DNA of 64,000 nucleotides from Candidatus Pelearchaeum maunauluense (GTDB lineage: Archaea > Thermoproteota > Nitrososphaeria_A > Caldarchaeales > Caldarchaeaceae): positions 224,001 to 288,000 of the forward strand of contig JANVYQ010000001.1 of the NCBI GenBank assembly GCA_030059675.1. Reading direction: 5' to 3'. The position numbers were made by a program, and so were the translations under genes. The notes below the pieces were generated by a model. That model was not told where the DNA came from, did not search any database, and saw only the letters and a program-made list of their open reading frames with translations. Shown here one piece after another: positions 40,253 through 50,041 of the stretch. Every line of letters starts with the position of its first letter. Position 1 is the first letter of the stretch.

Positions 40253-41484
40253 GGCTCCAGCCCGTATCTATGTTGTGCCAGTATTGTTGGCTTTGTGCCG
40301 CTTATCAAGACTACGTCTTCCAGTCTAACGCCTCCTATCTCAGGATAGTAAAGCCCAGGCTCTACTGTCGTTATCATGTTCTTTTCTAGTTTTTGCCGCT
40401 CGTTGAGGGTTAGGTATGGTTCTTCTCCTATTGTGAGGCCTACTCCATGGCCTAGGCTGTGTATGAAGCCCCTTGTCTCTGCTTCGCGGTTTCCTTGGTA
40501 GAGGTCAAGTATTGTGAGCCTCCCACGTGATTTGAAGAGCTTGCATGTTGCTTGCATGGGCTCCATACATGGAGCCCCTTCGCGTAGCGTGTCCATCGCC
40601 TCGCTGTGAGCAGCTAGAACGTCCTCAAACATCGTGATAAGCTCCCTTGATGGTCTTCCAACCGCGTATGTGCGTGTAAAGTCAAACCAGTAGCCCGTGC
40701 TGTCTTGTGGGAAGATGTCAAAGACTATCGGCTCTCCCTCGCGTATTGGTTCGTGTTCAAGCCCCTTCTCATGTGGATCTGCTGATGATGGGCCAGCAGC
40801 TAGGATATGGTCTTCTGGGAGGGATAGTCCCTCCTCAGCGCACCATACGCGGATGAGCCGCTTAACCCAGCCTATCCTGACAACCTCACCCCCATACGTC
40901 GCAACCCCCTCACGAATCTCCATGCTGCGCAGAAGCTCCTCCAAGCGTCTAACCACGTTTAGCGTCTTCTCACCAGCGCGTTTTATGGCGCCAACCTCCC
41001 AATCGTCCTTTGTTCTTCGCGCGATGTCAAGTATTGTGGGCCGCTCCTCACCGACTACTGCTATACGCTTCCTGCGCAGACCGTTGAACACGTTTATTAT
41101 GCTGCTAGCCTCGTTTCTCCCGTGTAGGGCTACCCTGCCCCTCACGCGGCTCTCCCTGACAATCCTAGCCAGTAGCTCTACGAAGGCCTTGCGCCTTCCA
41201 TGGCGTTTAACCAGCTTAGGATAGTCGTAGTCGTTGTATGTCTTCACGTTTTTTACAATACCCTTCTTGGCGCTTCCCACATCAAGGGCGCTCACAACGA
41301 GCAGGGGCTCGTCGCCGCGTTTCTTCAGATAAACACCCCCTCGCGGCAGCTCGCAGCGGGTTAGATAGGCCAGCTCAGGATTCCCTAGGGTAGAGTCGCC
41401 GTAGCAGAGAAGAGCAGCTATACCGCGCTTCCTCATCAAAGAATCAAGCTCGCCAATCATATCTCCCCATGTAAGGAACGACAA
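40249..41484 (-). CDS. M24-family Xaa-Pro aminopeptidase
   Basis: DIFP..GYWFDFTRT, HSLGHGVGL, TVEPGLY, GGVRLED. Confidence 0.92.
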   Translation of the reverse strand: MSFLTWGDMIGELDSLMRKRGIAALLCYGDSTLGNPELAYLTRCELPRGGVYLKKRGDEPLLVVSALDVGSAKKGIVKNVKTYNDYDYPKLVKRHGRRKAFVELLARIVRESRVRGRVALHGRNEASSIINVFNGLRRKRIAVVGEERPTILDIARRTKDDWEVGAIKRAGEKTLNVVRRLEELLRSMEIREGVATYGGEVVRIGWVKRLIRVWCAEEGLSLPEDHILAAGPSSADPHEKGLEHEPIREGEPIVFDIFPQDSTGYWFDFTRTYAVGRPSRELITMFEDVLAAHSEAMDTLREGAPCMEPMQATCKLFKSRGRLTILDLYQGNREAETRGFIHSLGHGVGLTIGEEPYLTLNERQKLEKNMITTVEPGLYYPEIGGVRLEDVVLISGTKPTILAQHRYGLEP

Positions 41485-41657
41485 GCACTATATACCTGCT
41501 GGGCTATACTCAGCGCGTCCTCAGCGTCAAGACGTGTATAAGGCTCCTCTGGCGGTGTTCCTGTCTTCATACATACTAAGCTCTCTTTCGCGTCTGCATG
41601 TATTAATCGTTCCTCAACCTGCCTTAGGTATGAGCGCACCATGTAAAGGTTATTCAA
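41457..41657 (-). pseudogene. HEPN-domain toxin with large internal deletion
   Basis: HEPN N-terminal helix (SYLRQVEERL.HA) is joined directly to the C-terminal TPPEE.YT..DAEDAL; only 66 aa; downstream of MNT. Confidence 0.7.
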
Positions 41658-42158
41658 TCTCTATCACCTCTCCAAACCTATAGTCTGGCTTCAAATCCCA
41701 ATACCAGCGCCTACCTACATGCACGCGCCTGGCACCAAGTTCCCGCAGTCTCTCGTTAAGTCTATCTAGGATTTTTCTGAAGAAGCCTCCCTTAACATAG
41801 AGTATTTTCGCGTCTTTAACCATGTCAAGGTAGAGCGGCCTTATTCTATTCGCTTCTTCTGGAGTTAGTAGCATCGGTGAGAAGTCGGTGTATATTCCCC
41901 TACTCCAGAGCTCGTCTAGAAGCTCCTTTACAGACCGCTCTGCCTGCATGAATAGTTCCTGCCTCCTTAGCCTACTTGATGGCAGGCCTTCAACAATTAC
42001 GAGCAAGTCCACGTCGCTGTCATCTCTCGCATCACCCCTAGCCACGCTGCCGCGTAGACGACGAGAGATACTAGGCGCTCACCGAAGAACTCTTTGAGAG
42101 CCCTGAGGAGCGCGTTGAGTAGTTCTTCGTATTCCTGCCGCAACTCTCTAATAGCCAT
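41650..42158 (-). pseudogene. Minimal nucleotidyltransferase (MNT) antitoxin, frameshifted at ~42050
   Basis: MAIREL..RLVSLVVY then a 2-nt insertion before GSVARGDARDDSDVDLL. Confidence 0.8.
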
Positions 42159-42215
42159 AGAGTAGCCTGGGTTAAAAGAACTCCCTCTTCAAGCTTTTAA
42201 GACTCTTGGTCTTTT

Positions 42216-43040
42216 GTGATTGGTATGGCGAGTGTGGTGGAGCTTAGGGAGAGGTTGTTGGCGATTGATTATGAGCACACTGCTGGGGCTATAGAGTCGT
42301 TTATCGCCGAGAAGGTTGGTGAGAGCGGCGCGCGTGGTGTTGTCGTGGGGCTTAGCGGTGGTGTTGATTCATCTGTTACAGCTACTCTATGCGTACGCGC
42401 ACTCGGTAGTGAGCGCGTTTTAGGCCTGGTTATGCCGACCAGCTTTACACCAAAGCAAGACGTTGAAGACGCTGAGTGGCTAGCTAGCTGGCTTGGAATT
42501 AGATGGCGGAAGATTATGATAGACCCGATAGTTGATGCCTTCGCCGCGCAGATGGGTAAGCATACCCAGAGCCAGGAGCTTAAGATACCCTTCGCAAACC
42601 TCCGCGCCCGTATAAGGATGGCGCTATTATATTTCCACGCCAACGAGGAGAATCTAATTGTGGTTGGTACTGGTGATAGGAGCGAGGCGCTCATAGGCTA
42701 TTATACGAAATACGGCGATGGGGGTGTTGACCTTCTCCCCATAGGTGGTTTGTATAAGTCTCAGGTTAGGCGGCTGGCGGTTCATCTTGGTATTCCTGAT
42801 AGGATAGCGTTTAAGCCCAGTAGCCCGCAGCTCTATCCTGGTCATAGGGCTGTTGATGAGATTCCGCTGGACTATGATTTGTTGGATGTTGTTCTTGCGT
42901 TGTTGTTTGATGAGCGCCGTGATGTGGGTGAGGTGAGCCGCGAGGCTGGGGTGCCCCGCGAGGTGGTTGAGCGTGTCTTGGTGATGCATAACAGGTCCCA
43001 GCATAAGCGGAGCATGCCTCCTATAGCGCCTATCTCCTAA
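42216..43040 (+). CDS. nadE: NH3-dependent NAD+ synthetase
   Basis: GLSGGVDSS, NLRARIRM, GTGDRSE..IGYYTKYGDG, LYKSQV. Confidence 0.96.
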   Translation: MIGMASVVELRERLLAIDYEHTAGAIESFIAEKVGESGARGVVVGLSGGVDSSVTATLCVRALGSERVLGLVMPTSFTPKQDVEDAEWLASWLGIRWRKIMIDPIVDAFAAQMGKHTQSQELKIPFANLRARIRMALLYFHANEENLIVVGTGDRSEALIGYYTKYGDGGVDLLPIGGLYKSQVRRLAVHLGIPDRIAFKPSSPQLYPGHRAVDEIPLDYDLLDVVLALLFDERRDVGEVSREAGVPREVVERVLVMHNRSQHKRSMPPIAPIS

Positions 43041-43080
43041 GCATCTCCCTATATATCAGGCCGACATCAGCTTCTAAGGC

Positions 43081-43455
43081 ATGTCCAAAGGCGCGGAGGA
43101 CTATATCAAGCGGATGTCTGACGCCCTCCGCTCAGGGGCTAGGATGCTCTCTGAGACCTGCCCCGTATGCAGTAGCCCGCTCTTCAGCCTAAGCGGGGAG
43201 CTATGGTGCCTAAAATGCAACCGCCGCGTAGTGAGGGTTCGGGAGGAGACAGAAGCAACAGCAGCGACAGTCCCCTACATACTCTCAAGCCTCAACAACA
43301 CCCTAACAGCCAAGATAGAGGAGCTCAACATCCTACTACAGCGCGAGGTAGACCCTGAGAAGATTCACAAGCTAACACAAACGCTTGACAGCCTCCTCAG
43401 GGTTCTCCGTGAGAGCCGCCGACTAGAGGCTGAGAGCAGGAAACAGGAGCAGTAG
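43081..43455 (+). CDS. UPF0148 / autoantigen-p27-like zinc-ribbon protein
   Basis: GARMLSETCPVCSSPLF...WCLKC. Confidence 0.85.
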   Translation: MSKGAEDYIKRMSDALRSGARMLSETCPVCSSPLFSLSGELWCLKCNRRVVRVREETEATAATVPYILSSLNNTLTAKIEELNILLQREVDPEKIHKLTQTLDSLLRVLRESRRLEAESRKQEQ

Positions 43456-43593
43456 CTTCACAGCCGTTTTGTGAATATCCTTTACAGTGAATAGACAATT
43501 ATGTAGTGATGGGATACGCTAATGATATAGAATAATATCTATTGATATTCTAGAGTTAATACTCTTGTATCATGTGAAGCCCTTATAATTATT

Positions 43594-43615
43594 CTCCATC
43601 CGTTTCGGCTGGAAC
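43594..43615 (-). promoter_or_regulatory. ORB element 1 (GTTCCAGCCGAAACGGATGGAG)
   Basis: Matches the TTCCA-N3-GAAA ORB core. Confidence 0.7.
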
Positions 43616-43787
43616 CCTAGTAGCCAATAATTGAGTATTATGGTAAAAATTTTCTCATCTAAGCTCATTTCTTGAACAAGAATAAGCTGTACGGTATCTC
43701 TCCATAACTAGCTCCTGCTTCTCGTGAAGATTCACAGAGCATCTACAGCCTGTGGAGCACTTTCTCCACATTTCTACCCTTTTGCTG

Positions 43788-43809
43788 GTTCCATAGGAAA
43801 TGAAGGGGT
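43788..43809 (+). promoter_or_regulatory. ORB element 2 (GTTCCATAGGAAATGAAGGGGT)
   Basis: ORB core plus G-string. Confidence 0.85.
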
Positions 43810-43963
43810 CGTTATGGCTGTCTCAACAGGTGAAGAAGTCATATAGCCCAGCCTCAACTCACGCTGGGCTGAATAGCTTACTTTCCTGTCTGGCTGGCCG
43901 TTTGCTGGTCTTATATTGCTGGCCTTCATCTCCCATGGCCAAAACACCAAACAAGCCACCGCC

Positions 43964-43985
43964 ACCCCAACATTTCCTATGGAAC
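43964..43985 (-). promoter_or_regulatory. ORB element 3 (GTTCCATAGGAAATGTTGGGGT), inverted relative to ORB2
   Basis: 20/22 identical to ORB2, on the opposite strand. Confidence 0.85.
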
Positions 43986-44104
43986 GCCAATCAACAAACA
44001 ACAGCCAAAAACCAGAATAAATGAAAATACATTTGACAACTTGATACAATTTTCTATTCTTTTAGTCTTAAGTCTTCTATGGATTACGAAGCTATGGAGC
44101 ATAC

Positions 44105-45406
44105 TTGTCGTCAAGAGATAAGATAAGAAACGTTGCTCATCAGGAGCTGTCTCAATTACAGTGGAAAGCTGGGGGTGGGGATCCTCTTGGTGATATTTTG
44201 GCTAGGCTGGAGTCTGGTCGGCGGATTATTTTGAGCCGTGATGTTCTGAGGGCTGATTATCTTCCAGAATCTTTGCCGCACCGCTGGGAGCATATACGTA
44301 GGATGGGTGAGGTTTTGGCGCCCTGCCTCATCGGCGGAAGGCCGTCAAACCTGTTCATCTATGGGAAGACGGGGACTGGCAAGACTGCGGTGGCCAAGCA
44401 TGTTTTGAAGCGGTTCTCTGCAGAAGCTTCCCACCGCGATGCGAGGGCGAGGTTTGTCTATGTGAATTGCCGTATTGCTGGGACGGAGTATCGTGTTTTG
44501 GCCGAGATATGCGCCAGCCTAGATGTTAGGATTCCCTTTACGGGGCTCTCTAAGGCTGAGGTCTGCAGCAGGATGAGGAACGGACTCAACAGGCTGGGCG
44601 GCATGCTGGTAATATGCTTGGACGAGGTTGATGTGCTGGTGAAGAGCTTTGGCGACGGGCTTCTCTACGAGCTGACGCGAAGCAATGACCAGGGCTCTTC
44701 GGGGCATGTGGCCATTATCGGGATTTCAAACGACCTGATGTTTAAGGAGCAGCTTGACCCGCGTGTGTTGAGTAGCCTTAGTGAGGAGGAGCTGGTCTTT
44801 CACCCCTATACCGCTAATGAGCTCGCTGATATACTGAGGGAGCGCGCTGGTATGTCGCTTAGTGAGGGCTCTTATGATGAGAGCGTGATTAGGCTCTGTG
44901 CTGCTCTAGCTGCTGCCGAGCATGGTGATGCGCGTAGAGCTCTTGACCTTCTCCGCGTGGCTGCCGAGGTTGCTGAGCGCGAGGGGGCTGAGCGGATAGA
45001 AGAGAGACACGTCAGGGCTGCCCAAGGCCTTATTGAGCGCGGCCGCGTCTATGAAGCATTATCATCGCTCCCGCTGCATAGCAGGATAGTCCTCCTAGCC
45101 GTGTTGGTGGCGAGTAGGGAGGTGGGTAATGGGATTGCAACCTCCGGAGCGATATACTCAACTTATAAGGCTCTCTGCGTTGAGGCTGGTGTTGAGCCGC
45201 TCACAGACAGGAGAGTGAGCACGCTCATCTCGGAGCTTGATATGCTGGGTGTTGTGAGCTGCGACCTCGTGAGCTTCGGTAGGCATGGGCGGACTAGGAG
45301 GATAAAGCTGGCTATAAACAGCGACGAGGTTATGAGCGTGTTTGAGCGCGATGAGCTCCTATCCCCACTAGCCTCTAAAATACTGAGGAACGCTCCCCAG
45401 AACTAG
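44105..45406 (+). CDS. cdc6: Orc1/Cdc6 replication initiator
   Basis: YLPESLPHR, GKTGTGKT, LDEVD, PYTANELADIL, HGDARRALDLLR, C-terminal wHTH GRHGRTR. Confidence 0.96.
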   Translation: MSSRDKIRNVAHQELSQLQWKAGGGDPLGDILARLESGRRIILSRDVLRADYLPESLPHRWEHIRRMGEVLAPCLIGGRPSNLFIYGKTGTGKTAVAKHVLKRFSAEASHRDARARFVYVNCRIAGTEYRVLAEICASLDVRIPFTGLSKAEVCSRMRNGLNRLGGMLVICLDEVDVLVKSFGDGLLYELTRSNDQGSSGHVAIIGISNDLMFKEQLDPRVLSSLSEEELVFHPYTANELADILRERAGMSLSEGSYDESVIRLCAALAAAEHGDARRALDLLRVAAEVAEREGAERIEERHVRAAQGLIERGRVYEALSSLPLHSRIVLLAVLVASREVGNGIATSGAIYSTYKALCVEAGVEPLTDRRVSTLISELDMLGVVSCDLVSFGRHGRTRRIKLAINSDEVMSVFERDELLSPLASKILRNAPQN

Positions 45407-46059
45407 GTGAGCGTCGAGCGCGCTAGCTTATCAGCCTCGCGGAGAGGCTCTGGATACTCATAGTTAAAAACAGCAACCAACGCTGGTACGTCTTCAAGCC
45501 TAACACCATAGCCAGGGCTTATGTAGTAGCTCTTTCCAGAGCGGGGCTTGACGGCATAGCCCACAGTCTTGTTGTTTAGTATTATGGGCGCCATACTGTC
45601 AGTGAATTCACCCGCAACGCCAGCCAGTAGTTTCTTCGCTATCCCTACTGTTGGTTTTCTGAGAGCCGCGCCTAGGAAGGTGGCCATACCAGCCTCGCGG
45701 GGATGCGCTCTCCCGTGAGCATCCACTAGCAAGACATCCCAGGAGGAGCTAAGTAGCTCAACCGCCGCGAAGAGCGCTGGGGCTTCGCGGAGAAAGAGTA
45801 GGCCTGGAACATAGGGGAAGGGAGGCTCACAGAGGTAGGTTCTACCCTCCAACACGCGGCGCTCTCCAACGCTCCACACAACCGCAGCGCCAGCCATGAC
45901 GTCATCGCCATAAGCAGCATCAACCGCGCATACACGCCTCACATGGCCTAGAGGCGCGTCATAGCCGCGCACAGCATCACTAACCCAGCTCTGAAGCTCC
46001 TCAAAAAACCTCAAAACCTCACGCGCGCACATGTAGCAATAAGAAGAGAACATAGTCAT
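45403..46059 (-). CDS. nfi: Endonuclease V
   Basis: AVDAAY, FPYVPGLLFLRE, LVDAHGRAHPR..GMA, PTVGIAK, PEPLR.AD. Confidence 0.9.
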   Translation of the reverse strand: MTMFSSYCYMCAREVLRFFEELQSWVSDAVRGYDAPLGHVRRVCAVDAAYGDDVMAGAAVVWSVGERRVLEGRTYLCEPPFPYVPGLLFLREAPALFAAVELLSSSWDVLLVDAHGRAHPREAGMATFLGAALRKPTVGIAKKLLAGVAGEFTDSMAPIILNNKTVGYAVKPRSGKSYYISPGYGVRLEDVPALVAVFNYEYPEPLREADKLARSTLT

Positions 46060-46082
46060 AGAATAAACTATCTACCAACGCC

Positions 46083-46625
46083 TCATAGCAGGTGGAGGTC
46101 GTCGCTGGATAACATGCCGACAAGCTTGGAGACGCGAGGAAGCCTGCACCCGAGCCTCCTGTGCCGCGATACTACTATAGGCCCGCGCACAGCGCGCACA
46201 AGCTCACCTAACGCTCTCTCAGCTTCCAAGTGGTGTATAACGGTGAACATGAATGCCTGGTCTAGGGTTTTGTCTCTTATGGGTAGGTGGTGTATGTCGG
46301 CTTGGATTAGGTGCGCCTCCCCGCGTAGTTTTGGGAGTGCTTGCCGTAGCATCCCAGCGGACTTGTCTATCCCTATGTACGCCTCGTATGGTATGTTGTT
46401 GGAGTGTAGGTATTCTAGGAGTAGTGCTGTTCCACACCCAGCGTCTAGAACCTTTCCGAGGCATGTGATTCGGAGAAGCCTGAAACACTCGCGGTATTTC
46501 TCCATCTGCTCCTGCCCGTATAGCTCGTCATAGCCAGGGCTGAGGGCGTCGTAGTCCAGCGAGGCCATGACAGCCCGCAGACCCCAGGCATGAGAGAGGC
46601 CTGGTAGATAATTAAATTCACCCAA
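46083..46625 (-). CDS. Class I SAM-dependent methyltransferase (true start probably ~46568)
   Basis: YDELYGQEQ..KY, VLDAGCGT, GIDKSAGML, QADIHHLP. Confidence 0.85.
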   Translation of the reverse strand: MGEFNYLPGLSHAWGLRAVMASLDYDALSPGYDELYGQEQMEKYRECFRLLRITCLGKVLDAGCGTALLLEYLHSNNIPYEAYIGIDKSAGMLRQALPKLRGEAHLIQADIHHLPIRDKTLDQAFMFTVIHHLEAERALGELVRAVRGPIVVSRHRRLGCRLPRVSKLVGMLSSDDLHLL

Positions 46626-46661
46626 TCACGCGGCTTATGTTAAGGGAGGCTTCCCAGCCCC

Positions 46662-47264
46662 TTGCCCCGCGTTGTTGGAATAGACCTGGCAGGCTCCCCC
46701 AGGAGACCAACAGGCTACTGCGCCGTTTGGGGCGAGCCTATACGCTGCGAGGCTGGCGTGGTCTATCAAGACAGGGAAATCATAGACCTCATTACACGCT
46801 TCTCCCCTGATGTAGTAGCGATAGACGCGCCTCTCACACTACCGCGCGGTAGGAAGAGCCTAGACCGCCGCGAGCGCGCTCACTTTAGGGAATGCGACCT
46901 AGAGCTGCGTAGGCGTGGGATAAGGTTCTTCCCGATAACCCTAGGCCCCATGCGCAGCCTGACGCGGCGCGGAATCACGCTGCGCGGCCTGCTGGTGGAG
47001 AGGGGCCTCAACGTGATAGAGGTCTATCCAGGTGGCGCGCAGGACGTTCTCGGCCTTCCGAGAAAGCATCGCGACATTCGCGGCCTGCTCGCTGGTCTGA
47101 GGAGGATGGGGTTTAGATGCCTCAAGAGAGACGCCTCAGGAGACGAGGCCGACGCCGCTACATGCGCGCTAGTCGGACTACTATACCTCCGCAACAGCTA
47201 CGAAGCGCTAGGAGACGTGGAAGAGGGAGTGATAATAATGCCTAGGAGAGAGTCTGGGCTATAG
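46662..47264 (+). CDS. DUF429 (RNase H-like fold) protein
   Basis: VGIDLA, VAIDAPL, FRECD, IEVYP, DEADA. Confidence 0.85.
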   Translation: MPRVVGIDLAGSPRRPTGYCAVWGEPIRCEAGVVYQDREIIDLITRFSPDVVAIDAPLTLPRGRKSLDRRERAHFRECDLELRRRGIRFFPITLGPMRSLTRRGITLRGLLVERGLNVIEVYPGGAQDVLGLPRKHRDIRGLLAGLRRMGFRCLKRDASGDEADAATCALVGLLYLRNSYEALGDVEEGVIIMPRRESGL

Positions 47265-47770
47265 ATACCTGCTCGCTACTATGCTCCCCACAGCTATACA
47301 CGCCAGCGTGTATAGTATCATGTAGCCCGCGTGTATCTGGAGGGGACTTGGGCTGCTTATCCCAAGGAGGAAGTAGCGCGAGAGCGATGTTGAGTGCGTG
47401 AGGGGGTTTAGAGATGCCGCCAGCTTCAGCCAATCTGGCATCTGCCGCAGGGGGAAGATAGCATTACTGGTGAAGAGCAGCGGTAGATTAACCAAGTTGG
47501 CTACTGAGATAACTAGGTCGTGGCTGGTTATCCTGATCGCTATAGCCGTGAATATAGCCGCGAGCGCCAGTATGAGCGAGGCCATCACAACATAAACTGC
47601 CAGTATATCCAGTATTGTTATCCCCTGCCTGGGTGTGAAGCCCACGACAAAGACGAAGAGGAGCATGAAGCTGAACTGGAGCAATCCTTTCGCGAGTGTT
47701 GAGAGGGCTTTAGCCAGGCAGATGCTCACACGCGGTATAGGCGCTGCGCGCATACGCTCAAGATAGCCTA
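47259..47770 (-). pseudogene. C-terminal fragment of an ABC-2 type exporter permease
   Basis: GYLERMRAAP, LLFTSNAIFP..MPDWL...NPLT; the N-terminal helices and the ATPase partner are absent. Confidence 0.7.
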
Positions 47771-47819
47771 GACGCTATCCACCCACTTAAAGCTCCTACC
47801 GGCAAATATGTATGTGTGT

Positions 47820-49133
47820 TTAGGAGGCGGCTATCTCCAGCTCCTCAACAGACCTGCCCGCGCTCTCAACTCCCCTCACACGCCACGCTAGGGCTGCGAG
47901 GAGGCCAGCGAGCCATATAACAGAGGCTAACAGCAGGAATGTATGAGCTGCTATCTGTGCCTCGTACAACGCCACCAGAGCTCCCGAAACGCCTGTGAGG
48001 CTTGTTAGGAAGCCCACGAGGGATGCTCTGACGCCTGTGGGGAACAGCTCGCTCTGCATGGTGCTGAGCGACGCCCACGCCCATTCGGAGAAGATGAGAG
48101 TTATGAAGAGCGCCGTGTAGAATGCTGCCGCTATCGCCGCTGTGTGAGCCAGCATAACCGCGAGTGAGCCTGCAAAGCCTCCCGCAAACGCCAGGAGAAC
48201 TGCGAGCCGCCTAGCGCGGTCTATCAACGGTATGAGCAGAAAAGCACCAATCGAAGCGCCTAGATTGGCCGTGAATATAACCAGCGGCGCCGACTCAACA
48301 CCAAAAGCAAAGCCAGAAGCATAGGGAGCATAATAGGCCATCATACCATAGGTAACGTACTGCGCTACCGTTATCACGGCTAGGATGATGAGTCTAAACC
48401 AATACCTAGCTATCGCCTCGCCTAGGCTTACTTCGCGCGCTGCAGCTGTGGGGAGCCTCGCCTCGCCTATGGCTCCAGCGACACGCTCAACTATCCTCAC
48501 CGCCTCACTCTCCCTGCCCTTGAGGAGAAGCCACCTGGGAGACTCTGGAAACCCCACCCTAGTCAAGCCCACAACCACCAGCGTCCCAAGAGCAGAGGCA
48601 AGCAGATACTCAACCTGTATGAACGCATCCTCGTATATCGCCGCAAAGACAAGAGCCAAGCCAGCAATCATAGCGGCACCAACATTCCAGAAGTTGGTAG
48701 CCAGCATCAACGCCTTACCGCGATGGTGCTTCGGAGAAAACTCCGCAATAGCAGAATACGCGGCGCCAAACTCACCCCCAATACCGAACGTCATAAGCGA
48801 GGTGAGCACAGCGAGGGCTATGGTGTTGGTGTATAGGAAGAAGAGGAGAGTGAGAGCCGCAACCTCTATCACCAACGCGGCGGTGAACATAGGCCTCCTA
48901 CCAACCCTATCAGCGAGCATACCAAGAACTATAGCGCCGAGAGTCTCCGCGAGCAGGTTAGCCGCGAATATGACTGGATAGTATTCTGGTGATATTATGA
49001 ACACTACAAGCGGCGCTATTGAGAACATCACGCCATCAAGCAGGTAGGTTAGCGAGACTATGGAGAAGAGCCTCCAGTGGCCGCCGCGCCATGCCGCGTG
49101 GTCTAGAGCCTCCACGATGCTCTGGCTACTCAT
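47820..49133 (-). CDS. MFS transporter (sugar porter / aromatic acid type)
   Basis: LADRVGRR, GIGGEF, EFSPKHHRG, PESPRWL, SELFPTGVRA. Confidence 0.9.
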   Translation of the reverse strand: MSSQSIVEALDHAAWRGGHWRLFSIVSLTYLLDGVMFSIAPLVVFIISPEYYPVIFAANLLAETLGAIVLGMLADRVGRRPMFTAALVIEVAALTLLFFLYTNTIALAVLTSLMTFGIGGEFGAAYSAIAEFSPKHHRGKALMLATNFWNVGAAMIAGLALVFAAIYEDAFIQVEYLLASALGTLVVVGLTRVGFPESPRWLLLKGRESEAVRIVERVAGAIGEARLPTAAAREVSLGEAIARYWFRLIILAVITVAQYVTYGMMAYYAPYASGFAFGVESAPLVIFTANLGASIGAFLLIPLIDRARRLAVLLAFAGGFAGSLAVMLAHTAAIAAAFYTALFITLIFSEWAWASLSTMQSELFPTGVRASLVGFLTSLTGVSGALVALYEAQIAAHTFLLLASVIWLAGLLAALAWRVRGVESAGRSVEELEIAAS

Positions 49134-49199
49134 AACCCTTGGAAGTCTGCGCCACTAGGATTACCTTATAAACCATGTTATAACCAGCTTATAGAAGTC

Positions 49200-49988
49200 C
49201 TAAGCTAAAAGAGAAGGAGGCTGAGTAATGTCCTCAGTAGCCCTAACAACCCAAACACTCTCACGCCTAGCCCTCTCCACAAGCTCAGGCATAGCCAGAG
49301 AGCAGTAAACCAGCAACAGGCGCCTAGGTCTGAGATAAGCTGGATACCTCTCCTCTAGTATGTGGAGCTTGGAATAGAGCTCGTCAAGGACGCCTACGCC
49401 AGCCCTTACAGAGGTCTCACCCACAACACAGAGGTCGTCGGAAACCCCGTAAATATCCACCTCAAGGTCAGGAAGCTGAAGCCGCCCCAGCTCAACATTA
49501 ACACCCATCTCACGAAGCCTATGCCTCACAACAGACCTACCCTCATCCTCAATATCAAGAGTAAGCTTCTCAAGAGTTCTCTCAACCCTACCAAGCCTAA
49601 CATCCATACGGCTAAAATCAAGCCGCAACAGCCTCATCTCCTCCAAAATCTTAATTTGCTCACCACGCAAACTTCTCATCTCCTCCAAAATCTTAATTTG
49701 CTCACCACGCAAACTTCTCATCTCCTCCCATACCTTAGCCTGCTCTTCGCGAAGTCTCTCAATCTCCTTCCATATTTTGGTCTGCTCTTCTCTGAATTTC
49801 CTTATCTCCTCCCATGTTTTTTCAATTTCCTTCCATATTCTTCCCTGTTCTTTGCGTAGCTCTTTCTGCTCTTCTGCTATGCTGTCAAGTCTCTTTAGAA
49901 CATCGGCTATCCCTAGGTAGCCTAGGACTGTGTATCTGAATTCTTCGTCTTCCTTGAGTAGTTTTAGGAATTCTCCGCGTATCCCCAA
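49200..49988 (-). CDS. Archaeal coiled-coil repeat protein with C-terminal PD-(D/E)XK-like domain
   Basis: LLKEDEEFRY.V.G.LG N-terminus, heptad repeats, EVDIYG...VGETS. Confidence 0.8.
   Translation of the reverse strand: MGIRGEFLKLLKEDEEFRYTVLGYLGIADVLKRLDSIAEEQKELRKEQGRIWKEIEKTWEEIRKFREEQTKIWKEIERLREEQAKVWEEMRSLRGEQIKILEEMRSLRGEQIKILEEMRLLRLDFSRMDVRLGRVERTLEKLTLDIEDEGRSVVRHRLREMGVNVELGRLQLPDLEVDIYGVSDDLCVVGETSVRAGVGVLDELYSKLHILEERYPAYLRPRRLLLVYCSLAMPELVERARRESVWVVRATEDITQPPSLLA
49633..49728. repeat. Perfect 42-bp tandem repeat, ~2.3 copies, coding (EEMRSLRGEQIKIL)
   Basis: ctcatctcctccaaaatcttaatttgctcaccacgcaaactt at 49633 and 49675, partial copy at 49717. Confidence 0.92.
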
Positions 49989-50041
49989 AGCCTGTATATA
50001 GCTTGCTTTGTGTTGGATTTAAGATGCGCGGCTCCTCTTTC

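Larger units (their letters stand above)
43470..44104. other. Replication origin (oriC) upstream of cdc6/orc1
   Basis: Non-coding region of ~640 bp with AT-rich tracts and three ORB boxes, adjacent to cdc6. Confidence 0.85.

Noticed and set aside
43774-44049. ORFs 43774..44049(-) and 43800..44024(+)
   Set aside because: They overlap the ORB elements, have no recognisable motifs, and are likely spurious origin ORFs.
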